From Cyanophora paradoxa CCMP329 (lineage: Eukaryota; Plantae; Glaucophyta): a stretch of 64,000 nt of DNA. The notes under the pieces were generated by a model. The model was not told the DNA's origin and searched no databases. It was given only the letters and a program-made list of their open reading frames with translations. The stretch is taken from NCBI GenBank assembly GCA_004431415.1, contig QPMI01000533.1, positions 62,001 through 126,000 on the forward strand. The letters are read 5' to 3'. Of this stretch, positions 12,801-25,597 are shown one piece after another (positions within the stretch are counted from its first letter, which is position 1; each line of letters starts with the position of its first letter). Position numbers and translations under genes: made by a program.

Positions 12801-14381
12801 CAACGAGGCCTTAGTCGGGATTGAGGCACGTTGGCAGCCTCGAGAAGGCGAGGCCGTCCTTGTCGGAGTGGGCTTCATCTTTGCCGTGAAAGATTCACAG
12901 AGCTCTGAAGTGGAGTGGTCTATAGAGTCGGAGACAGCAATGAAGGGCTCCACCACAACCAGCCCTGTGTTCGTACCCTCGCAAGCCGTCTTCGTCCCCA
13001 TCTCGGTGCTCACTGATGCGCCATGCAGATCGAGCGTGCTCCGGGCGCCGCAAGGCTCAGAAGTTGTGGGCATCCGTGGCCGCGTCTCAGCCTGCGATGG
13101 TTGCATTGTCGACCTTAAAATTGTCACACGGGCGGTCGTGTCTGAGGCTTTCCAGGCTGCAGTCAAGGCGAGCTCTACTGGCGCCAAACACCCAATACCG
13201 GCGCCATCTCCCACGTGCACGCATATTCTTGCTTCTCTCGATTCAGCGACCAAGGCGCTTTGCTCTCTTCTGAAGGTGCCACAGGAAAAGGTCCGCCTCT
13301 TCATTTGTTCCTGAAACGTGCAGCAATCGCGAGCCGCTCATTGTCATGCCTTGCGACTTGCCCTGCAGCTGCAGACGCCACCGGTGTTGACGGACCGAAC
13401 TGGTAGGCTCGGATACAGCTCGATCGGCGAGGCCGTGCAGGCGGCAGCGCCGGGCCAAGTGGTGATCGTGCAGCCGGGCCGGTGCGCGCATGCGAGCGTC
13501 GGCGCTGCTGCGGGCCCGGGACGGATTCTTCGTTGCGCATCTGACAGGCGGGCCTGGGCGGCAGGTACTGCGAGCAGCTCGTGCTGGACAGGGACGTCTA
13601 CGTCGTCGGCACGCGCGACGCCGTCCTCGAGTGGACAGAGGACGTGACCGTCGACTGCATCGCGTCGGCGCGGCCGACCCTCCGCGGCGTCACCATTCGC
13701 GGCGCGAGCACGAACGACCCCGCGGTCTTCATCGGCCGCGGGAGCCGTGCTGTTATCGAGGACTGCTGCATCACAACGGCAGCCATGTCGTGCATAGAAG
13801 TCAGGGATCAGGACACGGCGCCGACGATCCGCAGCAATATCATCCGTGACTCGCCATGCAACGGCGTATTCGTTCACAGCGGAGCGGCGGGCACCATCGA
13901 GGACAACGACATCAGCGGCTGCCGGGCGGCAGCGGTGCTTGTGCAGGGCCGCGGCACAGCGCCCACCTTCCGCAGCAACCGCATCCATGACAACCGGGAG
14001 TGCGGCGTGTGGATCGGCAAGCATGCCGCTGGCGAGTTCGTGGCCAATGAAATCTACTCGAACCGCAAGGCCGCTCTCGGGGTCTTGCTGCACGCAGATC
14101 CTCTTGTTCGTGGCAACCGCGTTCGAGATCAGGCACGCCGTCGCGCTTTCAATTTATCCCCTTCTAGATTTCAAGCTTTCCGCTTCTGGTTCCCGGCCCT
14201 TCTCACCATAGGACCCCCACAGGAACTGGGGATGGTTGTGTTCAACGGCGGTCGCGGGACGCTGGTGGAGAATGCTTTTGACCGAATCGGGGATCCGTCG
14301 TACGCCGCCCCGGGTGTACGCGGCATCAAGGTCCTCGATGGCTGTAGCCCCATCATTCAAGGCAGTAGTTTCCATTACTAG
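9882..14381 (+). CDS. Multidomain protein: beta-rich domain + degenerate IFI44-like P-loop domain + PIN/NYN-like domain with HTH-like tail + F-box + jacalin-like + F-box-like + PbH1 beta-helix
   Basis: Frame-compatible splicing gives LPLRF|EDFTGDL, RLLVAGPPSSLK|T, CILIEAG, AHAVCLCL, IG-LPTLVVIT, KHFESDRAAF (IFI44-like). Then RNAADFALTF...FYIVSAD (PIN-like), LLMRILGRLTMDELSRVAAINSLFRDLC (F-box), LGPNEALVGIEA and APQGSEVVGIRGR (jacalin-like), then the beta-helix. The start codon and the 11500-11740 junctions are uncertain. Confidence 0.65.
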
Positions 14382-14741
14382 CTATGTATTGACGTCGACC
14401 GTACCGGTCTTTCGTACATGCATACCCTGGAGAAGATTTAGACTCTGAGAGCGCCTTGTTGGCCTGCTTCACGTGCACATCGTAATATTTGATCAATTCT
14501 GAAAATCGAGTTCTGATATCAATACATAAATATTTAATATATACTATGATAGTACAAATTATTATGGACGCAATACTAAACTCCCAGGCTTCTATCTTCG
14601 AAATTCTCTAGCCGCTGATCATGAGCGCTAGCTATATAGCCCTTGCGATCTAGCTATCCGCGGCGGAACCATCCGTTTCCTGCGACAAGTTCATCGGGCG
14701 AAGGGGGCAGCACAGGCCTAGGCCTAGAACGCGCACGTGCA

Positions 14742-17010
14742 TCAAGTAGCTGCATCAAGTAGGCCGGGTTCATCTGCGCCATTTCGAATTCCAACGCGGG
14801 ATCGACGCCGGGGCCGGCCACCGCAGCGGGGAGCAGCTATCGGGGCGGTAGTCAGCGGACGCGTTTCGAAGAAGGCGGAGCGAAGCACTGCGACACGAAC
14901 CGGCAGCGGGTTGCAGGCGAAAACCTGCATCTCCTCCGGCGCAAGGAGCGCGAACTGTTGAAACCGTTCAGACGGAGCGCGGGAGAAGACGAAAGGGAGA
15001 AGGGGGGGGGGGGGGGGGGGGGGGGTACGGGGGCGCACCGCCTCCAACATGCTGCGAACGAGCTGAAAGAACGCGGGCGGCAGTGACGCCTGCAGCGCCT
15101 GCAGGGTCTGCAGCGCCTGCACCGCCGGATGCGGACCCTGAACTTCCACCGAGCCGCCCGGCACTGCGCATGCCGGCACTGCCGTCAACTGCATGCGGAA
15201 ACGGAAGTCATCAGCTGGCGCGAGCAGGGCCCGATCGCGAGCCAGGGGGCGCTCACCGGCTGCAACGACAGTGACGGGATCGGCGCGCCGTAGTTCAGAC
15301 CACGACCGAGATCGGGACCAGGGCTCTGATCCCGGAGCGAGTCCAGCTGTCGAGAGAAAGGTGAGGGGGGCGGGGCGCGCTGGGCAAGGGCGGGGCGTGG
15401 GGGTCGGCTCACCGGGATCATTGGAGTTCCCGCGGGGCTGGACGAGAAGGAGGCGCTGGTGCAGTTGGGGAGAGCGCCCGCAGGCTGCTGCGGGCGGCGC
15501 GTCAGCGCGCTCTGCAGACGCCCCCGCACCGTACCCCGCACCGAGTTGGCCGGGGAAGACGACGAGGGCGGCGCGGGCGAGGAGGGGCCGTTGGCGCTCT
15601 CCCCATCGTACGAGCCGCCGCCCTCGCCGCCCTCGCCGCCGCCCCCGCCCTCCTCCTCGGCGCCCTCCTCCGCGTCTTCCTCGTCGGCGTCCTCCTCCTC
15701 GGCGCCCTCGACCTCCTCGCAAGCGGCCAGGTCCCGCCGCCGCCGTCCGCGCCGCCGGGGCGGCTGCTGGGGCCGCCGGGGCCGCCGGGGGGCCGGGGCG
15801 GCGGCCTGCGGGGGCCCCTCCGGCCCCCCCGGCCCCCCGGCCGTGGGGGCGGCCGGGCCCCCGCCTCGCCCGCCTCCGCCACCGCCGTCCCCTCGCCGCC
15901 TCCGCCGACGTCAGCCGCCGCCGGCTCCTCCGCCGCCGCCTCCTCGCGCCCTCCTCCGCCGCTCGCCGCCTCCCCGCCAGCGCCCGCCGCCTCCTCCTCC
16001 ACCGCCCCGTCGCGGACGCCAGCGCCCTGGCGTCACGCCGAGGCCGGCGCCGGCGTCGAGGCCGGCGCCAGCAGCTGCTCCTGCGTCAGCGCCGTCAGCG
16101 CGAAAGCGAAAGCGGAGGAGGCGAAGGCGGTACGGGAAAGCATGGGGCGGCGGAAAGGTGCAGCGCCGCCGCTCCCGCCGGGCTGCATCGCGGCCCCGGC
16201 CCGACGCGTCCCCTGCCCGCCGCGGCAGCCGCCGCCCCCCGCGCCAGTCTGAGCACGCGCAGCGGGCGGCCGGCGGATCGAGCAAGCCGCCCTCCGACCC
16301 CCGCGTCCGGGGACCGCGGGCCGCGCGGTCAGCCGGTAATCCGGATCCAGAGGCAGCCGGTGCGGGACCCTTTCACGCAGCCGGACGCACTCGTCGGCTA
16401 GCTATAGCCGACCCGCACGAGCTGGCGACGGGCGAGGAGCCCGCAGCGTGTCGGAGAAGCAGGCGCATTGCCTAACCGCGCGAGCGCCCCTAGGCCTCGG
16501 ACGAGGAGAGCTTGCCGGCCCCTCCTCGCGGCGGCCGCTCGCTCGCTGCGGCGGTGGCAAAAGGCTCAGAGGCCGGCAGGGAGACCATCGCCCAATCCGT
16601 GTTGCGCACCTGAGCCGTCCTGTAAGGCGTGCCGTGATCCTCCTGCCCATTGCCGGCGGGCGGCAGCTGCGAGAACGCCGCTGTGCGGCTCCTGCAGTAT
16701 GCGCGCTGCGCGGCCGCCGGACGCACGCCGAGCTGCACACACTCGAGTACTAATGAAATGGCTGCTTTGCAGCCGCGCCCCGGGCCTGTCCGAGGGCGTA
16801 GAGCTCGCCCCCTTGAGGTTGACCGGAATCGGGTCAACTCTTTCACGAGAGCGCACGGCGGGACGCGAACGAAGGGCCGCTGCGGTACGGGGAGCTGGCA
16901 GGGCTCGCTCGAGCGCTGTTGCAGGCCGTACAAGATGGCTCCGAGCACTTTGAACATCCTGCTGAAGCGGCTTCGGCGGGCGCGACTGGCTGCGGCTGCC
17001 GCGCGGCATG
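14742..17010 (-). CDS. Array unit 1: chimeric orphan gene or pseudogene
   Basis: Shared 3' exons LSTAGLA..SEPWSRSRSW and ERFQQFALLAPEEMQVFAC. The middle includes a copy of the IFI44-like gene tail. The 5' end is uncertain (candidate MPRGSRSQ). Confidence 0.35.
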
Positions 17011-18282
17011 TCGTCGGGTGGGGCACGGCGCAGCGCGTCGCGTCGCGAGAGAGGAGAGCCGCGTTGCAGCTTTGAGCACACGTAGAGCTCTTCTGGCCGA
17101 GAGCTTTGCAGCCTGCGCCGGCACTGCGTATGGCGGGTGCAGCGGATCCGGAAGGAGCGAGTGGTATGATCGATATATCGAGCGTCCCTCGTAATGCCGC
17201 AGGTGCCTGCAACTCGCGGGCGTGCGAGGTAAGAAGCGCCGCTGCATTCGTTCGTGTCGGCCACGCTGATTATGACTTGCAGCGCCTGCCCAGCCCGGCC
17301 CCGGGCGAGTTGGTATGCGGGGGCGCCGCGAGCATCCGCTTCTGGAGCGATAATCAGCGCTTGAGCTGAAAAGGGGGCGCCGCGGGAGGTGGGGCCGCGA
17401 GCTCGCGCGTCTCCCCTCATGATCAGCGGACGCCCGGCCCGCGGCCCAACACGGCTCGAGCTCCTGCCGGAGGCGCGGGGCTGGCGGTCCGCGCCCCGCG
17501 TCGTCTCAGCCCGCGGGTGCGCGCCGTGGACTCGGAAGCCGCCCTTTCCGCCTGGCCGCCGACGTCGCCGGTGTGATCAGTTGCCCACCAGTCCCTCCCG
17601 CCCCGCCCCGCCGCGGCGCAGCTGGAGGGCCTGGACTCTGGGGCGCACGCGTACGGTCGTGGCCGACGGCTGCCGGGCCCCGCTGGGGCGGCGTGCAGGC
17701 CCGAGGCGCGTCGGCTCCGGTCCTCTGCACGAGGACGGCGTTTTCGCTGTCCGCCGCCGCCGCCGCACCGGCCCCCGCCCCGTCGACCTCCGCCGCCGCC
17801 GCTAGCTCTCGACGTCCCCTACTAGGCTACTACTAGCCTAGTACGTAGGCTTGAGGGGCTCAGCGGCTAAGCTGCGCTTCGCGATGGCGCCGGTGGCGAA
17901 ACCTATATAGCTATGGTGAAACCAGTATACGTAGGCAGGCTGAGCCAGGCTCGAGCTAAACAACACATGCAGAGGCCGCCAATCGCTTTTTGCGCACAGC
18001 TTGTGCACATGCCGTGTCAAAATTGATGTTCTGCACAGAATAGAAGCCTATTTTATTGGCTCGAAGCTCGATCGCGATCGAGAATATTGCGTTCCGACAA
18101 CACAAAGAAGCTCGGACCCCCAACAGCATCAGGGTTCAGCTGCGGGCTAGGGGTCTGTGAACGGGGGGACCTGTAGTCACGGCCTGGCGGGGCCGGGACT
18201 GCAGAACGCCACGCATGTTCACTGGTGTGCAAGCAATCCGTTGCCTGCGCCAAGTTCATCGGGCGAAGGGGGCAGCACAAGC

Positions 18283-21092
18283 CTATAATGCGCACCGAAG
18301 TGATCGGCGTTGGCGGCCAGGCTCACCTGCGCCATTTCCGACGCGGGATCGACGCCGGGGCCGGCCACCGCAGCGGGGAGCAGCTATCGGAGCGGTAGTC
18401 AGCGGACGTGCCTCGAAGAAGGCGGAGCGAAGCACTGCGACACGAACCGGCAGCGGGTTGCAGGCGAAAACCTGCATCTCCTCCGGCGCAAGGAGCGCGA
18501 ACTGTTGAAACCGTTCAGACGGAGCGCGGGAGAAGACGAAAGGTAGAAGGGGGGGGGGGGCAGGGGGGTACGGGGGCGCACCGCCTCCAACATGCTGCGA
18601 ACGAGCTGAAAGAACGCGGGCGGCAGTGACGCCTGCAGCGCCTGCAGGGTCTGCAGCGCCTGCACCGCCGGATGCGGACCCTGAACTTCCACCGAGCCGC
18701 CCGGCACTGCGCATGCCGGCACTGCCGTCAACTGCATGCGGAAACGGAAGTCATCAGCTGGCGCGAGCAGGGCCCGATCGCGAGCCAGGGGGCGCTCACC
18801 GGCTGCAACGACAGTGACGGGATCGGCGCGCCGTAGTTCAGACCACGACCGAGATCGGGACCAGGGCTCTGATCCCAGAGCGAGTCCAGCTGTCGAGAGA
18901 AAGGTGAGGGGGCGGGGCGCGCTGGGCAAGGGCGGGGCGTGGGGTCGGCTCACCGGGATCATTGGAGTTCCCGCGGGGCTGGACGAGAAGGAGGCGCTGG
19001 TGCAGTTGGGGAGAGCGCCCGCAGGCTGCTGCGGGCGGCGCGTCAGCGCGCTCTGCAGACGCCCCCGCACCGTACCCCGCACCGAGTTGGCCGGGGAAGA
19101 CGACGAGGGCGGCGCGGGCGAGGAAGGGCCGTTGGCGCCCTCCCGACCGTACGAGCCGCCGCCCTCGCCGCCCTCGCCGCCGCCCCTGCCCTCCTCCTCG
19201 GCGCCCTCCTCCGCGTCTTCCTCGTCGGCGTCCTCCTCCTCGGCGCCCTCGACCTCCTCGGCGCCCTCGATCTCCTCGCCGGGGGCGTCCTCGTCCGTGT
19301 CCTCCGAGCCGTCGCCCTGCTGGCCGACGTCATCGCTGTCATCGCCCTCCTCGGAGGAAGTGGCGCTCGTGTGCGGGTCCCCGCCCTCGGCGCTCCCGCG
19401 AGCCTCCGCCGGCTCGCCCGCAGGCAGCTGCTGGACGGCGGTTCGGCGCGCTTGGCAGACAGCAGAGCTAGCCGCAGCACGCACCGAGTTCGCGACGGGG
19501 GATGATGACGCGGGCGGGGAAGGGCCGCTGCTCGCGCCCTCGCCCTCGCCCTGCTTGGGCTTAACGGGCGCGGGGACAGGTTCGATGCCGGCGCCCTTGA
19601 GCTGCTCTTCCAGCTGCTTCACCCGGTCCTTCAGCTCCTGCGAAGAAAATGAAATGAGGCGACCGCTTTCTCAGTTAGTTAGGCGGTTAGCTGGGCCCCG
19701 TTCCTCTCCCAACACCGTCACAGCCAGTTTGTTAGATGGCTAGGCCCCTTGCCTATCGAAGGAAGTTATTTAGGCAGCTGACCGAGCCCTGCTCCACAAT
19801 CCTTCCTTCCCTCCTTCCCCGGGGCACGCAGGTAGAGCTCGGCCTCGCGGGAGTCGAGCTCAGCCCCCTCCCTCTCGTCGGTGCACCTGGATTGCCTTGT
19901 CGCGGACGTCCTTGTCCTCCCCGCGCCGCACCCCTTCCTGGATCTGCGAGGCGTGTGGACGGGCCGAGCCGCGGGCAGACAGGCCAAAGGTCGCGTACCT
20001 CCGCCCTCTCGCGGACGGCCTTCTGGTAGAGCTTCTGGGGTGCGGTAAGAACAAAGAACCTCGAGAAAGTAAAAAAGGAACGGCACCTCCTTGACCTTGT
20101 CCTTGCCTGGCTCCTAAAGGAGCAATAAGAACAAGGCGATCTAGAAAGGACACCAAATAAACAAAAAGACGGATACATGGACACTGTTGAGGAGCTTCGT
20201 GAAGTCTTCCGACGAGAGGATGTTCTCCAGGATGTCCTTCGAATTCCCTGCGCACGGGCCATCAGCCGTCAGCAGGGGCCGGCAAAAATCGAGAGCGAAA
20301 CATGCTGCGCACGATCCGCTTTCGCCTTCGCGCGGAAGACGAGCTGCAGAGGCGTTTCTCCTTCATTTTCGATCTTCAGATTGAAGTCGCCGCAGTATAG
20401 CTTGTTGATGCTGAAGGGGAAGATCCTGGCCCCGTCCTCCGGCAAGCCATTTTTGCAGGCCTTGCGACGGCTGCCGTCATACTCCAGCAACTGCACAAAG
20501 CAGAGGCGGTCAGCAGGTCGGTCAGCATGAATTCAAGCGCACCTTATCTTTATTGATGTGCCTCGCGATGAAGCAATGATGGCGCCAATTGTCTCGCGTC
20601 AACTGTAGCGTCTCTGCAGGTCCACATACCACTCCTTTCTTGCGCGGCTGAAAGGTGCCGGTGACGCTCAGTCCCTTGGCTTTGTAAGGCAGTATCGTGA
20701 AGTACTGCACTCCCGGGCTGAGGCTCCCAGGGAGAACACGGCGGATGACGTATATGTCTTGCTTGTGCCCGTCGTCTTTGAGGTATACGGTCTTTTTGAA
20801 GGCATACACAACGGTCTGAAGCAAGAAAATTAAAAAAGCAAGCGTTCCGACGGTTTTGGGCGGCGCACAGGCTCTTGGGCTCCTGCTGCAGTCTCCTGCG
20901 CATCAGGCTCCTGCACATCCTTCTCATTCTCGTCCTCGTGGAGGTGCTTCGTCTCCACTGCGGTCTGGCTCTCCTCACTCGCGGCACGCTTCCGCTTCCT
21001 CGACTGTAGCGTTGGCTTCAACAAGCGCGCAGCGCACCAATGTAAGCGTCAAAGGAAGCGAAGCGCACCCGCTTGTCCGCTCCACCTGTCAT
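18283..21092 (-). CDS. Array unit 2: orphan multi-exon gene
   Basis: ATG at 21092 (MTGGADKR). Exons with canonical introns include TVVYAFKKTVYL..DIYVIRRVLPG..VQYFTIL and LLEYDGSRRKACKNG, then an acidic linker and the shared C-terminal exons. Confidence 0.55.
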
Positions 21093-22800
21093 CGCTCCCT
21101 CTCTCGATCGCACTGGGGCAGTTGACCCGGACTTGATTGCGGACGTACTACGGTACCCCACTGCAGCCGCAGGCAGCAGGCAGCGCGCGGGGGGCCCCGC
21201 CTGAACTAGGCCTAAACGCGCGCCGCGGCGCCGCGGCGCAGGTTGACCGGATTTTTCCGGTCAACTCTTTCACGAGATCGAGAGCGCACGGCGGGACGCG
21301 AACGAAGGGCCGCTGCGGTACGGGGAGCTGGCAGGGCTCGCTCGAGCGCTGTTGCAGGCCGTACAAGATGGCTCCGAGCACTTTGAACATCCTGCTGAAG
21401 CGGCTTCGGCAGGCGCGACTGGCTGCGGCTGCCGCGCGGCATGTCGTCGGGTGGGGCACGGCGCAGCGCGTCGCGTCGCGAGAGAGGAGAGCCGCGTTGC
21501 AGCTTTGAGCACACGTAGAGCTCTTCTGGCCGAGAGCTTTGCAGCCTGCGCCGGCACTGCGTATGGCGGGTGCAGCGGATCCGGAAGGAGCGAGTGGTAT
21601 GATCGATATATCGAGCGTCCCTCGTAATGCCGCAGGTGCCTGCAACTCGCGGGCGTGCGAGGTAAGAAGCGCCGCTGCATTCGTTCGTGTCGGCCACGCT
21701 GATTATGACTTGCAGCGCCTGCCCAGCCCGGCCCCGGGCGAGTTGGTATGCGGGGGCACCGCGAGCATCCGCTTCTGGAGCGATAATCAGCGCTTGAGCT
21801 GAAAAGGGGGCGCCGCGGGAGGTGGGGCCGCGAGCTCGCGCGTCTCCCCTCATGATCAGCGGACGCCCGGCCCGCGGCCCAACACGGCTCGAGCTCCTGC
21901 CGGAGGCGCGGGGCTGGCGGTCCGCGCCCCGCGTCGTCTCAGCCCGCGGGTGCGCGCCGTGGACTCGGAAGCCGCCCTTTCCGCCTGGCCGCCGACGTCG
22001 CCGGTGTGATCAGTTGCCCACCAGTCCCTCCCGCCCCGCCCCGCCGCGGCGCAGCTGGAGGGCCTGGACTCTGGGGCGCACGGTCGTGGCCGACGGCTGC
22101 CGGGCCCCGCTGGGGCGGCGTGCAGGCCCGAGGCGCGTCGGCTCCGGTCCTCTGCACGAGTACGGCTTTTTCGCTGTCCGCCGCTGCCGCCGCACCGGCC
22201 CCCGCCCCATCGACCTTCGCCGCCGCCGCCGCCGCCTCCGGATCGTCCCGCGCGCCACACGCACGGGGCCGCGATCGGCGGGGTGCCCCCGGCCGCGGCG
22301 CGCCCCGGACCGCTTCCTCCTCCTCCTCGGGCCGGCCGGGCCGGTGGGGGGCCTTACTTATTCGGCAGTGCATTCGGCATGATGCCGCGATCAGCAGGCG
22401 CCCCCGGCGCGCCCCGGACCGCTTCCTTCTCCTCCGATCCTCGGGCCGGCGCCGGCCATGTCGGTGGGGGGCCTCACTTATTCGGCAGTATACGTAGTAC
22501 TAGCAAGCTTGTGCACATGCCGTGTCAAAATTGATGTTCTGCACAGAATTGAAGCCTATTTCATTTGCTCGAATTCAAAGCCCAAACGAGAATATTGCAT
22601 TCCGACAACGTTAACACAAAAAAGCTCGGACCCCCAACAGCAGCGTTTTTCAGCTGCTGGCTAGGGGTATGTGAACGGGAGGGGGGACCTGTAGTCACGG
22701 CCTGGCGGGGCCGGGACTGCAGAACGCCACGCATGTTCACTGGTGTGCAAGCAATCCGTTGCCTGCGCCAAGTTCATCGGGCGAAGGGGGCAGCACAAGC

Positions 22801-25597
22801 CTATAATGCGCACCGAAGTGATCGGCGTTGGCGGCCAGGCTCACCTGCGCCATTTCCGACGCGGGATCGACGCCGGGGCCGGCCACCGCAGCGGGGAGCA
22901 GCTATCGGAGCGGTAGTCAGCGGACGTGCCTCGAAGAAGGCGGAGCGAAGCACTGCGACACGAACCGGCAGCGGGTTGCAGGCGAAAACCTGCATCTCCT
23001 CCGGCGCAAGGAGCGCGAACTGTTGAAACCGTTCAGACGGAGCGCGGGAGAAGACGAAAGGTAGAAGGGGGGGGGGGGGGCAGGGGGGGTACGGGGGCGC
23101 ACCGCCTCCAACATGCTGCGAACGAGCTGAAAGAACGCGGGCGGCAGTGACGCCTGCAGCGCCTGCAGGGTCTGCAGCGCCTGCACCGCCGGATGCGGAC
23201 CCTGAACTTCCACCGAGCCGCCCGGCACTGCGCATGCCGGCACTGCCGTCAACTGCATGCGGAAACGGAAGTCATCAGCTGGCGCGAGCAGGGCCCGATC
23301 GCGAGCCAGGGGGCGCTCACCGGCTGCAACGACAGTGACGGGATCGGCGCGCCGTAGTTCAGACCACGACCGAGATCGGGACCAGGGCTCTGATCCCAGA
23401 GCGAGTCCAGCTGTCGAGAGAAAGGTGAGGGGGGCGGGGCGCGCTGGGCAAGGGCGGGGCGTGGGGGTCGGCTCACCGGGATCATTGGAGTTCCCGCGGG
23501 GCTGGACGAGAAGGAGGCGCTGGTGCAGTTGGGGAGAGCGCCCGCAGGCTGCTGCGGGCGGCGCGTCAGCGCGCTCTGCAGACGCCCCCGCACCGTACCC
23601 CGCACCGAGTTGGCCGGGGAAGACGACGAGGGCGGCGCGGGCGAGGAAGGGCCGTTGGCGCCCTCCCGACCGTACGAGCCGCCGCCCTCGCCGCCCTCGC
23701 CGCCGCCCCCGCCCTCCTCCTCGGCGCCCTCCTCCGCGTCTTCCTCGTCGGCGTCCTCCTCCTCGGCGCCCTCGACCTCCTCGCCGGGGGCGTCCTCGTC
23801 CGTGTCCTCCGAGCCGTCGCCCTGCTGGCCGACGTCATCGCTGTCATCGCCCTCCTCGGAGGAAGTGGCGCTCGTGTGCGGGTCCCCGCCCTCGGCGCTC
23901 CCGCGAGCCTCCGCCGGCTCGCCCGCAGGCAGCTGCTGGACGGCGGTTCGGCGCGCTTGGCAGACAGCAGAGCTAGCCGCAGCACGCACCGAGTTCGCGA
24001 CGGGGGATGATGACGCGGGCGGGGAAGGGCCGCTGCTCGCGCCCTCGCCCTCGCCCTGCTTGGGCTTAACGGGCGCGGGGACAGGTTCGATGCCGGCGCC
24101 CTTGAGCTGCTCTTCCAGCTGCTTCACCCGGTCCTTCAGCTCCTGCGAAGAAAATGAAATGAGGCGACCGCTTTCTCAGTTAGTTAGGCGGTTAGCTGGG
24201 CCCCGTTCCTCTCCCAACACCGTCACAGCCAGTTTGTTAGATGACTAGGCCCCTTGCCTATCGAAGGAAGTTATTTAGGCAGCTGACCGAGCCCTGCTCC
24301 ACAATCCTTCCTTCCCTCCTTCCCCGGGGCACGCAGGTAGAGCTCGGCCTCGCGGGAGTCGAGCTCAGCCCCCTCCCTCTCGTCGGTGCACCTGGATTGC
24401 CTTGTCGCGGACGTCCTTGTCCTCCCCGCGCCGCACCCCTTCCTGGATCTGCGAGGCGTGTGGACGGGCCGAGCCGCGGGCAGACAGGCCAAAGGTCGCG
24501 TACCTCCGCCCTCTCGCGGACGGCCTTCTGGTAGAGCTTCTGGGGTGTGGTAAGAACAAAGAACCTCGAGAAAGTAAAAAAGGAACGGCACCTCCTTGAC
24601 CTTGTCCTTGCCTGGCTCCTAAAGGAGCAATAAGAACAAGGCGATCTAGAAAGGACACCAAATAAACAAAAAGACGGATACATGGACACTGTTGAGGAGC
24701 TTCGTGAAGTCTTCCGACGAGAGGATGTTCTCCAGGATGTCCTTCGAATTCCCTGCGCACGGGCCATCAGCCGTCAGCAGGGGCCGGCAAAAATCGAGAG
24801 CGAAACATGCTGCGCACGATCCGCTTTCGCCTTCGCGCGGAAGACGAGCTGCAGAGGCGTTTCTCCTTCATTTTCGATCTTCAGATTGAAGTCGCCGCAG
24901 TATAGCTTGTTGATGCTGAAGGGGAAGATCCTGGCCCCGTCCTCCGGCAAGCCATTTTTGCAGGCCTTGCGACGGCTGCCGTCATACTCCAGCAACTGCA
25001 CAAAGCAGAGGCGGTCAGCAGGTCGGTCAGCATGAATTCAAGCGCACCTTATCTTTATTGATGTGCCTCGCGATGAAGCAATGATGGCGCCAATTGTCTC
25101 GCGTCAACTGTAGCGTCTCTGCAGGTCCACATACCACTCCTTTCTTGCGCGGCTGAAAGGTGCCGGTGACGCTCAGTCCCTTGGCTTTGTAAGGCAGTAT
25201 CGTGAAGTACTGCACTCCCGGGCTGAGGCTCCCAGGGAGAACACGGCGGATGACGTATATGTCTTGCTTGTGCCCGTCGTCTTTGAGGTATACGGTCTTT
25301 TTGAAGGCATACACAACGGTCTGAAGCAAGAAAATTAAAAAAGCAAGCGTTCCGACGGTTTTGGGCGGCGCACAGGCTCTTGGGCTCCTGCTGCAGTCTC
25401 CTGCGCATCAGGCTCCTGCACATCCTTCTCATTCTCGTCCTCGTGGAGGTGCTTCGTCTCCACTGCGGTCTGGCTCTCCTCACTCGCGGCACGCTTCCGC
25501 TTCCTCGACTGTAGCGTTGGCTTCAACAAGCGCGCAGCGCACCAATGTAAGCGTCAAAGGAAGCGAAGCGCACCCGCTTGTCCGCTCCACCTGTCAT
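22801..25597 (-). CDS. Array unit 3: near-identical copy of the unit 2 gene
   Basis: Same exon set shifted by about 4505 bp, with few differences (one 18-bp indel in the acidic linker). Confidence 0.55.

Noticed and set aside
15193-16475. Long Arg/Pro/Ala-rich ORFs here and throughout the window (e.g. 27792-28901, 33338-34429, 49052-50260)
   Set aside because: These are shadow frames caused by high GC and scarce stop codons. They overlap better-supported spliced genes on the opposite strand or in another frame.
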